Source: Mobula hypostoma
Taxonomy: Eukaryota
Direction: 5' to 3'
NCBI RefSeq assembly: GCF_963921235.1
Contig: NC_086108.1
Span: 75,890,001-75,954,000 of the forward strand
Length of the DNA stretch: 64,000 bases
The notes under the pieces are model-generated. The model was not told the origin of the DNA, ran no database searches, and saw only the letters and a list, made by a program, of their open reading frames with translations. A program made the position numbers and the translations under genes. Shown here one piece after another: positions 13,210-24,199 of the stretch (the stretch's first letter is position 1; each line of letters starts with the position of its first letter).

Positions 13210-13625
13210 AGGTGGAAGAGCAACACCTGGGTAACTTCCAACCTGATGGCATCAGTATTGATTTCTCCTAATGGTAAATAAATTCCACCCCCCCCCCCGC
13301 CATTCCCAACTGTGACTTTTTACCTTTTCTCACCTGACTATTATTTCCCCCTATATCCCCTCCTGCTTCCTTTTCTCCCATGCTCCTCTCTTCTCTCCTA
13401 TCAGATTCCTTCTTCTCCAGTCTTTGACCTTTCCCACCCAACCTGTCTTCACCTATCACCTTCCAGCTGGCCTCCTTCCCTGACCTTTTTATTCTGGCAT
13501 CTTACCCCCTTCTTTCTCGGTCCTGTTGAAGGGTCTTGACCTGAAATGTTGACTGTTCATTTCCATAGATGCTCTCTGACCTGCTGAGTTCCTCCAGCAT
13601 TTTGTGTGTGTTGCTTTGAAATCTT
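13210..13625 (+). mobile_element. Penelope-like element 3' end (GIY-YIG C-terminus plus pseudo-LTR) with degenerate hammerhead motif at 13518-13555
   Basis: EEQHL..QPDGISIDFS remnant, pyrimidine-rich tract, CGGTC-CTGTTGA-AGGGTCTTGACCT-GAAA-TGTT-GACTG, tail GATGCT…CCTGCTGAGTTCCTCCAGCATTTTGTGTGT. Confidence 0.75.
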
Positions 13626-14249
13626 TGTTTCTCATTTTGGAGAATTTTATCTTAGTTTTCTTTAAAGGAGCTGTGATGGCCATCTTCCCAGACTCAAATT
13701 CTGCCATCAAACACTTATTTGAAATGTTTCTCATCAAATTATTTGCTTACACTTGGATATGTTCCAAGATTTCCAAGGTATTTGATTTTGAAACACCCTC
13801 TTTAAAAGAATCTTTGCTCGTTCACCTCATGAATCATTGACTGGCTTCAATGTGTTTTATCTTTGAAAACCCACACCAAAGTCAATACCTTTTCTATTTT
13901 TTTTTAAGTTGCAGCAAGGCAATCTTGGGACACGGCCAGGAATTATTTCCTGGTTCCAGTTGTTTCTGATCTCGGTGGCTCAGCAGGCACTTTCAAAGTG
14001 CTAAATAGGCCCTTCAGCTCAGTTTGTCCATGCTGATGAGTGCTTTTCTACACAAGTCCCATTTTGCAGTGTTTGACTCGATCCCTCCATTCGTCTCCTG
14101 TCCATAGACCTATCCTTTTTTTTAAATGCTGTGTTGTACATACTCTCATCACCACTTCTAGCAACCAGTATGTATTCATCACCTCTGAGTGGAAATCTTG
14201 CCTTGCCAATTTCCTTGAAGTGCCTCCTTTCAAAGTGATTACCAGCAGT

Positions 14250-14710
14250 CTTGGTAACCTGTCTACCCTTGTCAAAACCCCATGTCAAAAGCCTTGGTGT
14301 GATATTTGATTCCGCCTTTAAGTTTGACAAGCAAGTTAATGCAGTAGTAAAAGCCAGTTTTTTTTCCAGCTTCATACTATTGCCAAAATCAACTCGTTTC
14401 TCTCTTTCAAAGATCTCAAGAAAGTCATCCACGCCCTTCTATCCTCCCGCTTGGACTACTCCAACTCCCTGTATACTGAGATTAGTCAGTATACAGGGAG
14501 TTGGAGTAGTCCAGAACGCCGCAGCCAGGCTCCTAACAGGTGCCCGGAAGAGGGACCATATTACTTCTATCCTGGCCTCTCTCCACTGGCTACCAGTACG
14601 GTTTAGAATTGATTTTAAGGTTCTCCTGTTCGTTTATAAAGCCCTAAATGGGCTGCCCCCTCCTATATCGCAGATCTTCTAACCCCTTATTCTACTTCCA
14701 GGTCCTTCAG
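14250..14710 (+). mobile_element. L2-clade LINE RT C-terminal fragment
   Basis: VKSLGVIFDS, QNAAARLLTG, HITSILASLHWLPVRFRIDFKVLL. Confidence 0.88.
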
Positions 14711-16714
14711 GTTGGCTGAGGGAATAAAGGTTGTGGCTATCTGCCCTATCACTGCCTCTAAATTTTATAAACATCTAAGTTGCCCCTCGGCCTCCTGCAA
14801 TCCATTGAGAATAAACCTATTGTGTGGCATGGATCGGGGTCTGGAGTCACAGAAAGTCACAATGGCAAGTATGGTAGGTTTACTTCACTCTATGGCATTA
14901 ACACAAGGATGAATTCTGGCAGTTCAGGATCATCATTATTGATGCAGCTGGGTTGGAACATAAAATTCACCAGCCGCCATTATGAGATTTGAACTTGTCT
15001 CTGGACCAATTGCACAGGTCCCTGAATGTTAATCCAGGACAGTAGCCAGTGTGTGACTGGATTGCTTCCATGAGGTTATGGAGCAAAAGAGCAACGTGTC
15101 CATGGGGAAGAATGAGATACTTCAATCCACTACCAATGTTAGAGGTGTCATACAAAATCCTGCAAACCTTGAAGTCTAAAATAAAAAAAATGTTGGAAAC
15201 AATCGGGGAAGCAAATTAGTTTCAAACTGCAGTGAGAGTGGGGGGTTATTAATAGGACAAAGGAAGTTTTGTTTGTTCCTCACACACTGGAGTTTAATTA
15301 ACTTGGACTTGGTCACCCTGTTGTTTTATAAGATAACTGTTTGTATTTTTTTCCTGCTGGGTCTACTTGTCGATATTTATTCTCCAAAGCCAATAGAAAT
15401 TCTGAACTGCCTGGACATTCCCTTGTGTTGGAATAGGAGGCTGCTCTGACCTAAAGGAAAGGGAGCTGTCTTATGTAAATATTTCAACTTGTTAAGGGAG
15501 TCGAGGGAAGGAATATAGGAATTACCTTGGGACAAAACTTCTTGGAGAGAGAATGAAAGAAGAGATGAACTACAGGCATTCTTCCAATCTCATCAAAGGC
15601 ATTGGCAGGAGCCTTTGTTCCTGAGATCCACTCCTTTTCCAGATGGTGAATAATTCTGTCTGAGGCTGCTTTTCATCCGTAGATGAAAGTATCCAAAGTG
15701 AACAAAAACTACTGATGCCAACTGCACCTATAATAGAGTAATTAGCTAGCAGAAGACCCGGCTGTTCATGTAAGCAATGTTCAAGGGGAGAATGGCATCC
15801 TGTTTTTCTTCCTTCCTGCTGAGACTGTTGTCTTGAATTTTGCCTGCAGTACTGATGCTTTCTTTTACTCACTTATTTTCCTCCTTCATTTTTATTCCCT
15901 TTTCCATTCCTTCCAGTATTTTATTTGTATACACAAGGGTATATATCCATTTCCTCACAGCACTGGAGGTCTGGAGCTGATAGAAAGGACTCGCATGCTA
16001 TAGATCAGCCTTTGCAATGATACCATAGGACTATAAGGTACTTGTCTTAACTTCTCCTTTGGTGAACTATCGGAAGTGGTTGGCTATTTCAAGTGGTGCC
16101 GTGAGTAATTTAGAATTTAGATGTTGATTGGGGGACTAGGATTATCGGTCCAAATTATTGGTAATGTCAAGAGTTAAAGTGTAGTGTATAAACAAGTTCA
16201 CTTAACTTATTTAACTGATAAAATAACTTTTATATGAAGGAAGGTAAATTTTCTTTGTGTTCACAATATTTGGGTTTACAAAGGGTTCGCAATGTTCCCT
16301 TAGCCTTTGTACACATCAATAGCTTCATGGAAAATTTAGTTCCAATGGACAACAAATTGTGGTCAACCCAACATTCAAAAACTTGGCAGTATTGCTGGAA
16401 ATAGTTAAGGTAACATGATTTACATTTTTACTTTAACCAGTTAGTAAAATGGAATCTACAGGTACAGGCTTGCTGCTTGCTGTCTCTTCTATCTTAGAAC
16501 AGCTACCTTGTTTTGTCCTGGTACGTGTAATCTTCTTTGATATCACCAAAGCCTCATATTTTTACAGTTCAACCCTTTGCTACTCTCTTCCCAGCCGTTA
16601 TTTGCAGTACCTATGTGTTTGCTTTCTGTGTTTGAGGGTAGGACACAGAACTCTCTGTAATTCCATGTATAAATAGGTTCTTCATCACTTTTATTTAAAT
16701 AGTTTTCCCTTAAC

Positions 16715-17045
16715 AAAAAAAGATTAGATTAGCTCTATTTGTCACATGTACATTGCAACATACAGTGAAATATGTTGTTTGTGTAAAATCAGCAAGGATT
16801 GTGCCCGCAAGTATCGCCACAGTTTGGGGTGCCAACATAGCATGTCTACATGTCACTAACCGTAACTGTATGTCTTTTTGGAATGTGTGAGGAAACCAGA
16901 GCACCCAGAGGAAAACCATAAGATATGGGAGCAGAAGTTGGCCATTCAGCCCATCGAGTCTGCTGCGCGGGGAAAACGTACAGACAGCAGGGATCAAACC
17001 CTGACCTAGCAGCTGGTGCTGTACTATGCTGCTGTGCTGCCTCTA
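16715..17045 (-). mobile_element. V-SINE-like SINE carrying a ~50-bp CR1 3'-terminal insert (~16915-16965)
   Basis: GAGGAAACCAGAGCACCCAGAGGAAA V-domain and GGGATCAAACCC B-box complement; the insert CCATAAGATATGGGAGCAGAA…GGCCATTCAGCCC matches the CR1 ends at 42026 and 60578. Confidence 0.7.
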
Positions 17046-17489
17046 GCTGCCATGTGGAGATTTGGTAATGTAGTGGCTAATTTACTGTACTCGTGTCACC
17101 GTGTTCAGGATTCGTTGGTTAAAAACAGATACCCCAGAGTGGGTCGGTCCACTCCAAGGTGCTGCAGAATGTTGGATCCCACAAGTGGAATTCCTAAACA
17201 CATTCGGGCAGAGTGTATGCAAAGCTGGGTGCAGGGATTAAAGGGGAGAAGTGAGAGGAGGTGGCAATTTCTGAATGATTTAACAGAAAAATTGCCCTGT
17301 TCCTTATCTTTTGGCAGCTGGAGGGAAGTAATACGACAAAAATAAAACGGATAATGTTTAAAAAAAATTCAAGGCCATTTGGCAACTACTCAGTTCATGC
17401 AGGGAGCACAGTCAGATTAAACTAATGAAAGAGGAGGCAATGCAATAAATGGCTCTAATTTGTACAGGAAATGATGGGAAATCAGGTTT

Positions 17490-18313
17490 AAGATGGCGCT
17501 GGTGAAGCACAGTGACGACTTGCTGGCAGCAAAAACAACTATTAAGTACTTTATTAATCGCACTTTTTCTCGACAATGATCACTGCAAACAGTAGCCTGT
17601 AACTTCCCTTTTGGTGTCAAGCTTTTGAACCACCTGTATGACCTGGCATTTTTGTGGTGTAAACTGAAGTCTCAAAAGTGTAGGACAATTGTGGCATGTC
17701 GTGTACGGGCTGAATCCAGGTGGCAGCACCTGGGCCCAACAGTGAGGAATGAGCCAATGTTTGGGTTCTGGAGCAGACTTGGAGGTGATTTGAAGTGGCA
17801 GAACCAAGGCAAGGCAGGGTTGAGGTGGTGGGGCCTGCGACTGAGAGTGAGGAACAAGCTGAGATTTGACTGGTTTAAGCGCCAGGCTTAATCAAGGCAG
17901 CAGGTGTTGGGCCCGGTAGCCTATTGAAGTGGCAGGGCCTGCGTCCAAGACGGAGGAATGACCCACTGTGTAGCCGATACAAGTGCTGGGCTAGATTGAA
18001 AAGGAGGTGAGGGATGGGCCAGTGTTCAGCTCACTGCTCCATAAGGTTTACTTGTCCCTGCACTGAACTGAGGCTGTGGCCTGCAACTAACAGGCTCCTG
18101 GGTCATCTGTAACTCTGCACCCGCTTCTGTGAACTTCAGACCCTGAATGTTATTTGCTGATTTTTATTGTTGCATTATTTGTTTTTTTGCTGTACATTGT
18201 GTGTTTGATGGTCTTTTTTTTACCCCAATGGTGTCTATTAGGCTTCTTTGTGGCTGCCTTAATCTCAAGGTTGTGTATAGTATGCATTCTGTGATAATAA
18301 ATGTACTTTGAAA
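17490..18313 (+). mobile_element. Putative non-autonomous Rex1-related retroelement
   Basis: Starts AAGATGGCGC, has a GC-rich non-coding body, and ends AATCTCAAGGTTGT…ATAATAAATGTACTTTGAA like the Rex1-type tails at 20635, 46995 and 60085. Confidence 0.55.
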
Positions 18314-19399
18314 TAATTCAAATTAGGCAAGGTAGAAACCAGCAACTACTTGGAAAACAAAATAAACCCTGGAATAAAGAGTGTGTGTGAGCAGTTAGGG
18401 CCACAAAATACTTTATTGTCATTGCTATTGTCTCTAGGCAGAAATCTGTCATTATTTCCTCATGTATGACTCTAGAAGGGCACATAATTGACTGTAAACT
18501 CCCCTCTGTAATGGCCAGTAAGTCACTTAGTTCAGGGGGCAAGTCATGATGGGTGTTAAATGCTGCCCTTGTCAGTAATGTTGTGCAATAAACATTTTCC
18601 CACATTTTACATCATCTGCTGCCTTACTGTTTGGATCCCTATGCTCCCATTTGTGTAATGTTCCTTTGAAGTACCTCAGGTTATTTTGTATACTGAAAAC
18701 ACTTCAAGGTACAAATTGGTTTATTTTAACCTTAATGAAAGGCACAAATTTCTGTTTTTGGTGTCTTTCATGTTAATGCTAAGTTCCCCTTGAAATGGCT
18801 CAGGTTAAATTTGCTTGTTTAAATAGTTATAGATATAACTGAAAATATACAGCTGAATTCTGGTATGTCAAGAATGTCACAGCAGGGTTTGGAATAGGCC
18901 GGAGATGGAAAAAAATATTCCTTAGTCTAAGGACAGGATCAATAATGTCTCATTTTTAAAATAAACTTCAAGTTAAAACCAGATTAAAAGCTCAAATGCT
19001 AAATAATAACCATATGGAAACTTTTAACTCTTTTTGTAAATGTATTTGCTCTTACTGATTTAGTAGTTGATGCTAATCATATTAGGCAGGAACATAATTT
19101 TGTGCATCTGTTTGTTTCTGTTCTTGCTGGTTTCTGCCTTGCCTAATTTAGATTATTTCCCCTCTTTTCATGTGGAGATTAAAGCTATTTGTTGCACTGA
19201 CCTCGTCTCTTTTTTTTAACTACTTCAATCCCTGCGTGAAACCAGCAGCTGTCAAACTGCTTCAGGTTTTAAAACGTTGGCTGTGCTTATTGTCTTGTTC
19301 TTATTCTCCAGCTGCCAATGGGGGAGGGGGATTTTTTTTTAAACATCACTTGAAACTTGCATCCTAGCCTTTGCACCACTTACTTTATCCTGGATAACT

Positions 19400-19545
19400 T
19401 CCCTTTCAACTCTTAATCTTGATGCAGGGTTTTGAACCAGAACATTGATAATTCTTTCCTCTTTCTCTTCCTCTCTCTCTCCCCACCCCCCCACACACAA
19501 ACAGATTCTGCTCAATCCGTTGAGTTCATTCTGCAGATTGTTTCT
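19400..19545 (+). mobile_element. Degenerate Penelope-like terminus
   Basis: TCTTGATGCAGGGTTTTGAACCAGAACATTGA…TTGAGTTCATTCTGCAGATTGT; decayed version of 13518-13615. Confidence 0.5.
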
Positions 19546-19837
19546 TACTCACCACTACCCTCGTTGCCCTCATCTCACCTTCCATGTTCACCCTGCTCAT
19601 ATTTTGACTGCGGTTAAGAATTCCACTTTGGGGTTCTAGCGTTCGATACTTCAATCTGTTCATTAGTCCAATGTAGTATGTGTTTTAAGTAACAAATCCT
19701 CAATGGTGACACTTTACATTGCTTTTCTTTATCATTCAATGTTTGACATCCATTCTTCTGGCCAGAGCTTTTTCAGTGTCCTGTGTTGATTATCTGGTTG
19801 CGTAGAAGAACTTGCGTTGTTTTCTATTTGGAAGTAG

Positions 19838-20180
19838 TTTGAGGAGGCAAATGCCAGGAGCTGGTAGAGCAGTGCCAGAGACGGGAATGGAGGGCACAGT
19901 GCGAGCCTACAGAGGTTTTACTGGCTGCTTGCTGTGGAGAACCGACTCTCGCCTTGGCATTATGGGGGCTGCAAAGAAAGGAGCCATCCGGACCAGCAGA
20001 GGCTGCTGGGCGAGCCTTCAGATGGCTGTGGGTCAAGAGGTCTGACCTGTGGATGAATGCTGCTGGGACACAAGCCAGGCTGGGCCACTTGGGCACCCTC
20101 GTCTGATATTGAAAGGCCCACAATACCCAGTTACATCGCTGATGTGTCCCAATGCATCTTAGGATGTATCTCAGCACCAG
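19838..20180 (+). mobile_element. HERO-type RLE non-LTR retrotransposon 3' end, degenerate second copy
   Basis: GWRAQCEP…RGFTG…LGIMGAAKKGAI…EAAGRAFRWLWVKR aligns with the end of ORF 33888-34880; 3' UTR GGACACAAGC…GGCTGGG…TGAAAGGCCC…GATGTGTC matches 34891-35001. Confidence 0.8.
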
Positions 20181-20634
20181 CTAAAGATGTTTGGCCTTAA
20201 ATGTTGTTAGATTATAGTGGGAAATCCATTTTAAGAAAAATTTGTGCAAGTTGCGGAGTGATACTGATTTTAATCAAATTGAATGCAGACTGGATGTTCA
20301 TAAATAGGAAATAACCAGGGATTAGGCTTTTCTAGTTAGCATTTTAAAATCTGCTTGAAGTCATTAATTGAAAGCACATATTCGTCTGTTGGATTATGGC
20401 CTAATTTTATATAAATACTTGATAACAGAGTACCGGACGTGGTGGTAAGTTGAACTCCAGAAGAAATGCAAGCTAAGAATTGTCCAAAAATGAAAATCAA
20501 AAATCCTGCTGGAAATCTGAAATAAAAGAAAATGCCAGAAGGGCTCAGCAGGTCAGCTAACATCTGTGAAAAGAAAGGAAGCTGATGTGGCAGGTTGGAT
20601 ACTCTTCCCAGAATTATCTAAATGTGTGTATAAA

Positions 20635-21395
20635 GAGTTCAAAGTAAATTTATTATCAAAGTACGTAAATGTCATCTCGTACTGCTCTGAGATTCATTAT
20701 CTTGCAGGCATTCACAGCAGAACAATGAAAGACCACACACAAAGACTGATAATCTGTACAAATACAAAAAGAAACAAATAATAAGTAAGTAATACTGAGA
20801 ACACGGGTTGTAAAGTTGTTGAAAGTGAGTCCATGGCTTTTGTTACAATGATCAGTTCTGTACTCTGGTAAGTGAAGATGTCTACGCTGGTTCAGGAGCC
20901 TGATGGTTGAAGGCTAATAACAATTCCTGAGCCTGGTGGTGTGGGAACCAAGGCTGCTGTACCTCTTGAATGATGGTAGCGAGAAGAGAGCATGGCCTGG
21001 ATGGTGAGGGTTGGAAGGGCTTTTCCTGTGATGAACTGGGCCGTACCCACCACTTTTTGTCGGCTTTCCGTTCTTGGGCCTGTTGTTGTCATAGCAGTCT
21101 GTAATGCAACTACGTGGTTGCTGTGCATCTATAGATGTTTGTCAAAGTTTTAGATGTTATGCTGAATCTGTGCAGATTTCTAAGGAAGTAGAGCTGCTAC
21201 TATGCCTTCTGTAATGGCACTTGTGTGTTGGTCCCAGGATATCATCTGAAATGATAATGAAATGATAAAATTACTGACTCTTCCATCTCCAATTTCCCCC
21301 ATGAAGCACAAGCTCATGAGCCTCCAATTTCTTCCTCCTGTAGTCAATAATCAGCTCTTTGGTTTTGCAGACATTGGGTGAGAAGTTGTTGGTCT
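20635..21395 (-). mobile_element. Rex1/Babar-like LINE 3' fragment
   Basis: QKVVGTAQFITGKALPT and TKELIIDYRRKK remnants; GTTCAAAGTAAATTTATTATCAAAGTAC tail complement. Confidence 0.8.
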
Positions 21396-22712
21396 GGTCT
21401 ATGGTTTCCATTTAGTCTAATAGGATGGGCTGTCTGGTCTTCAGTGGTAATCTTCGTGTTCTAGCTGTTGGTAGGTCAGTGGAAACCTTGTTGTAAACGG
21501 AAAGCTATACTACTAATTTATGAAAAGTTGCTTTGTTAGTGTTGTCTGGATTCATGCACAGCCTTCTTTGAAAGTCAGTTTTGACATGTAAATTTTAAAT
21601 GCTTTACTTCTGCACCTTTTCCTGGCACACAGCAAAATATCATAGGGTTTAGGTGTTCTTCGTGATCTCAGTTGTATTTGCCAATCAGTACGTATTAGCA
21701 GGCTGCTCGCTTCTAGAAGCATTGAAGCCACACAGTTATCCTTGTTTAAAATCACTGCTTGCTCATCCAGAAGGAACTTGTGTTTACAAACCTGACAGTT
21801 CAGCTCCTGAATTAGCACTGTATATGGCCCACTCTTTGCTACTAATCTGAATTTCAGAGATGTGCTGTGAAGTGGGAAAAAACTGTGATCACTTCACAAT
21901 TTACATAAGTCTGTTGTGTGATGAAAGTAGATTTTAAACTTGCTATCTAATAATTTAAATGGAGGCGAGAGATAAGGCAGTACAGAACAGTTTAAGGTCG
22001 TGAGTTCTTGAAAACAACATAAGGAAACTGCCTTGTATAGTTTCTAATTTGAGAATTATTAGGAAGTTCTCTAGCGAAGTTGACATTCTTGTGCTAAGAT
22101 GCTTTTGTGATTTATCTCGATACCCATGATTAGGGCAGGGAAGCCTTTCCAAGAACAGGAATAGACAGGTAAGTGGTCAAAGAAGGATGACTTACTGGAA
22201 ACATGAGAATTAAAAATTCTGCATCACAAACCAATCTTGTAGGCACTTGAGAATTTCAGAGAAAGAGCATGAGAATGGGACTGCAGAGACTCTGGTACTG
22301 GAAGTTTTCATAACTTAATAAGCTTGTGTACTGTAGCAGTTCTATGATTTTGTGAATTGTGGGTCAGTCAAGCCACCCGTGGGTGAATAGACAGCGAAAA
22401 CCTGCTATCAGAGCAGGGAGAAGAATGGTGCTATCTGAACAAGACACTGAAAAGAACCTGAGTTTTGTGCACAAGTGTAATGTGGTTGTTAAAACAAAAG
22501 GACCTCTTAAGAGAACAAAATAACTTTTGAAATCAGGAGGCTGAGAATGGGTTTTTTTTTTGGTCATTTGTACTTGGACTGAGGTATCAACAATACCACT
22601 CTTGCCCCTCTGAACAAGTCAAAGTGTGTGTTATTAAGCTCTTAATGGTTAGTTTCTTATTGCAATGGGTCTGCTTTTAACAGCAACTCCACAATGGTTG
22701 TACCTGCACTCC

Positions 22713-22977
22713 TGTGATGATAAGTGACTTGTATATATTCCATACAGTAACAGTTTTGTGTATTTAATATTTGAGTTAAATTATAAATATTTGATTAACC
22801 ATTCTTTGTTTACATAATTCATCAAAGGTTATACATAAAAGTACATGAATGGCATACATTATTATGTCATGAAGTCATAAGTGCGCATGTCACTTTAAAG
22901 TAAAAACGAAACTAAGCATACTCATCTCTGTGTTTTCTTTCAATTAGTTTTATGCTTTGGAGTTACAAAACATAACA
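22713..22977 (+). repeat. 5' LTR of the Gypsy element
   Basis: TG…CA termini; CTCTGTGTTTTCTTTCAATTAGTTTTATG recurs at ~26747-26775. Confidence 0.75.
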
Positions 22978-23220
22978 ATTGTGACGAGGTATTTTAAAAA
23001 CTAACCCAAGACAAGAATCTACCTGTTGAAGCTCAGTGAGACATTCCAATTGCTTTCTTCTCAAGATAAGATGGTTGAGTTTTTTTTTAAAAAGGGGCAG
23101 AAAATGGACCAATTCACAGGTTCATGAACAGTGATACTGGGTGGTAATAATCATAAATGTATAAAAAAAAAAGACCAGAAATGGCTGGGGACATCAGAAA
23201 GATGAAGATACTTTTGATTG

Positions 23221-24199
23221 TGTCACTGTGTGTCCGACAGAGTGATCAGCAACACTGGGGCCCCACAGGGGACTGTCTTGTCTCCCTTTCTCTTCACCAT
23301 TTACACCTCGGACTTCAACTACTGCACAGAGTCTTGTCATCTTCAGAAGTTTTCTGATGACTCTGCCATAGTTAGATGCATCAGCAAGGGAGATGAGGCT
23401 GAGTACAGGGCTACGGTAGGGAACTTTGTCACATGGTGTGAGCAGAATTATCTGCAGCTTAATGTGAAAAAGACTAAGGAGCTGGTGGTTGACCTGAGGA
23501 GAGCTAAGGCACCGGTGACCCCTGTTTCCATCCGGGGGGTCAGTGTGGACATGGTGGAGGATTACAAATACCTGGGGATACGAATTGACAATAAACTGGA
23601 CTGGTCAAAGAACACTGAGGCTGTCTACAAGAAGGGTCAGAGCTGTCTCTATTTCCTGAGGAGACTGAGGTCCCTTAACATCTGTCGGACGATGCTGAGG
23701 AAGTTCTACGAGTCTGTGGTGGCCAGTGTTAACATGTTTGCTGTTGTGTGCTGGGGCAGCAGGCTGAGGGTAGCAGACACCAACAGAATCAACAAATTCA
23801 TTCGTAAGGCCAGTGATGTTGTGGGGATGGAACTGGACTCTCTGATGGTGGTGTCTGAAAAGGGGATGCTGTCGAAGTTGCATGCCATCTTGGACAATGT
23901 CTCCCATCCACTACATAATGTACTGGTTGGGCACAGGAGTACATTCAGCCAGAGACTCATTCCACCGAGATGCAACACAGAGTGTCACAGGAAGTCATTC
24001 CTGCCTGTGGCCATCAAACTTTACAACTCCTCCCTTGGAGGGTCAGACACCTTGAGCCAATAGGCTGGTCCTGGACTTATTTCCTGGCATAATTTACATA
24101 TTACTATTTATTTATTGTTTTATTACTATTTAATTATTTATGGTGCAACTGTAACGAAAACCAATTTCCCCCGGGATCAATAAAGTATGACTATGACTA
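23221..24199 (+). mobile_element. Rex1/Babar-like LINE, 5'-truncated, young, inserted in Gypsy gag
   Basis: Uninterrupted 281-aa ORF (GAPQGTVLSPFLF, KFSDDS, YKYLG); AATAAA followed by a (TATGAC)n tail; TGATTG duplicated at 23215-23220 and 24200-24205. Confidence 0.92.

Noticed and set aside
14800..15050. Old SINE-like fragment
   Set aside because: Too degenerate to set boundaries or a family from the sequence alone
19170..19367. ORF MWRLKLFVALTSSLFF… as the missing signal-peptide exon
   Set aside because: No good phase-1 donor, no promoter or CpG context, and the hydrophobicity comes from T-runs
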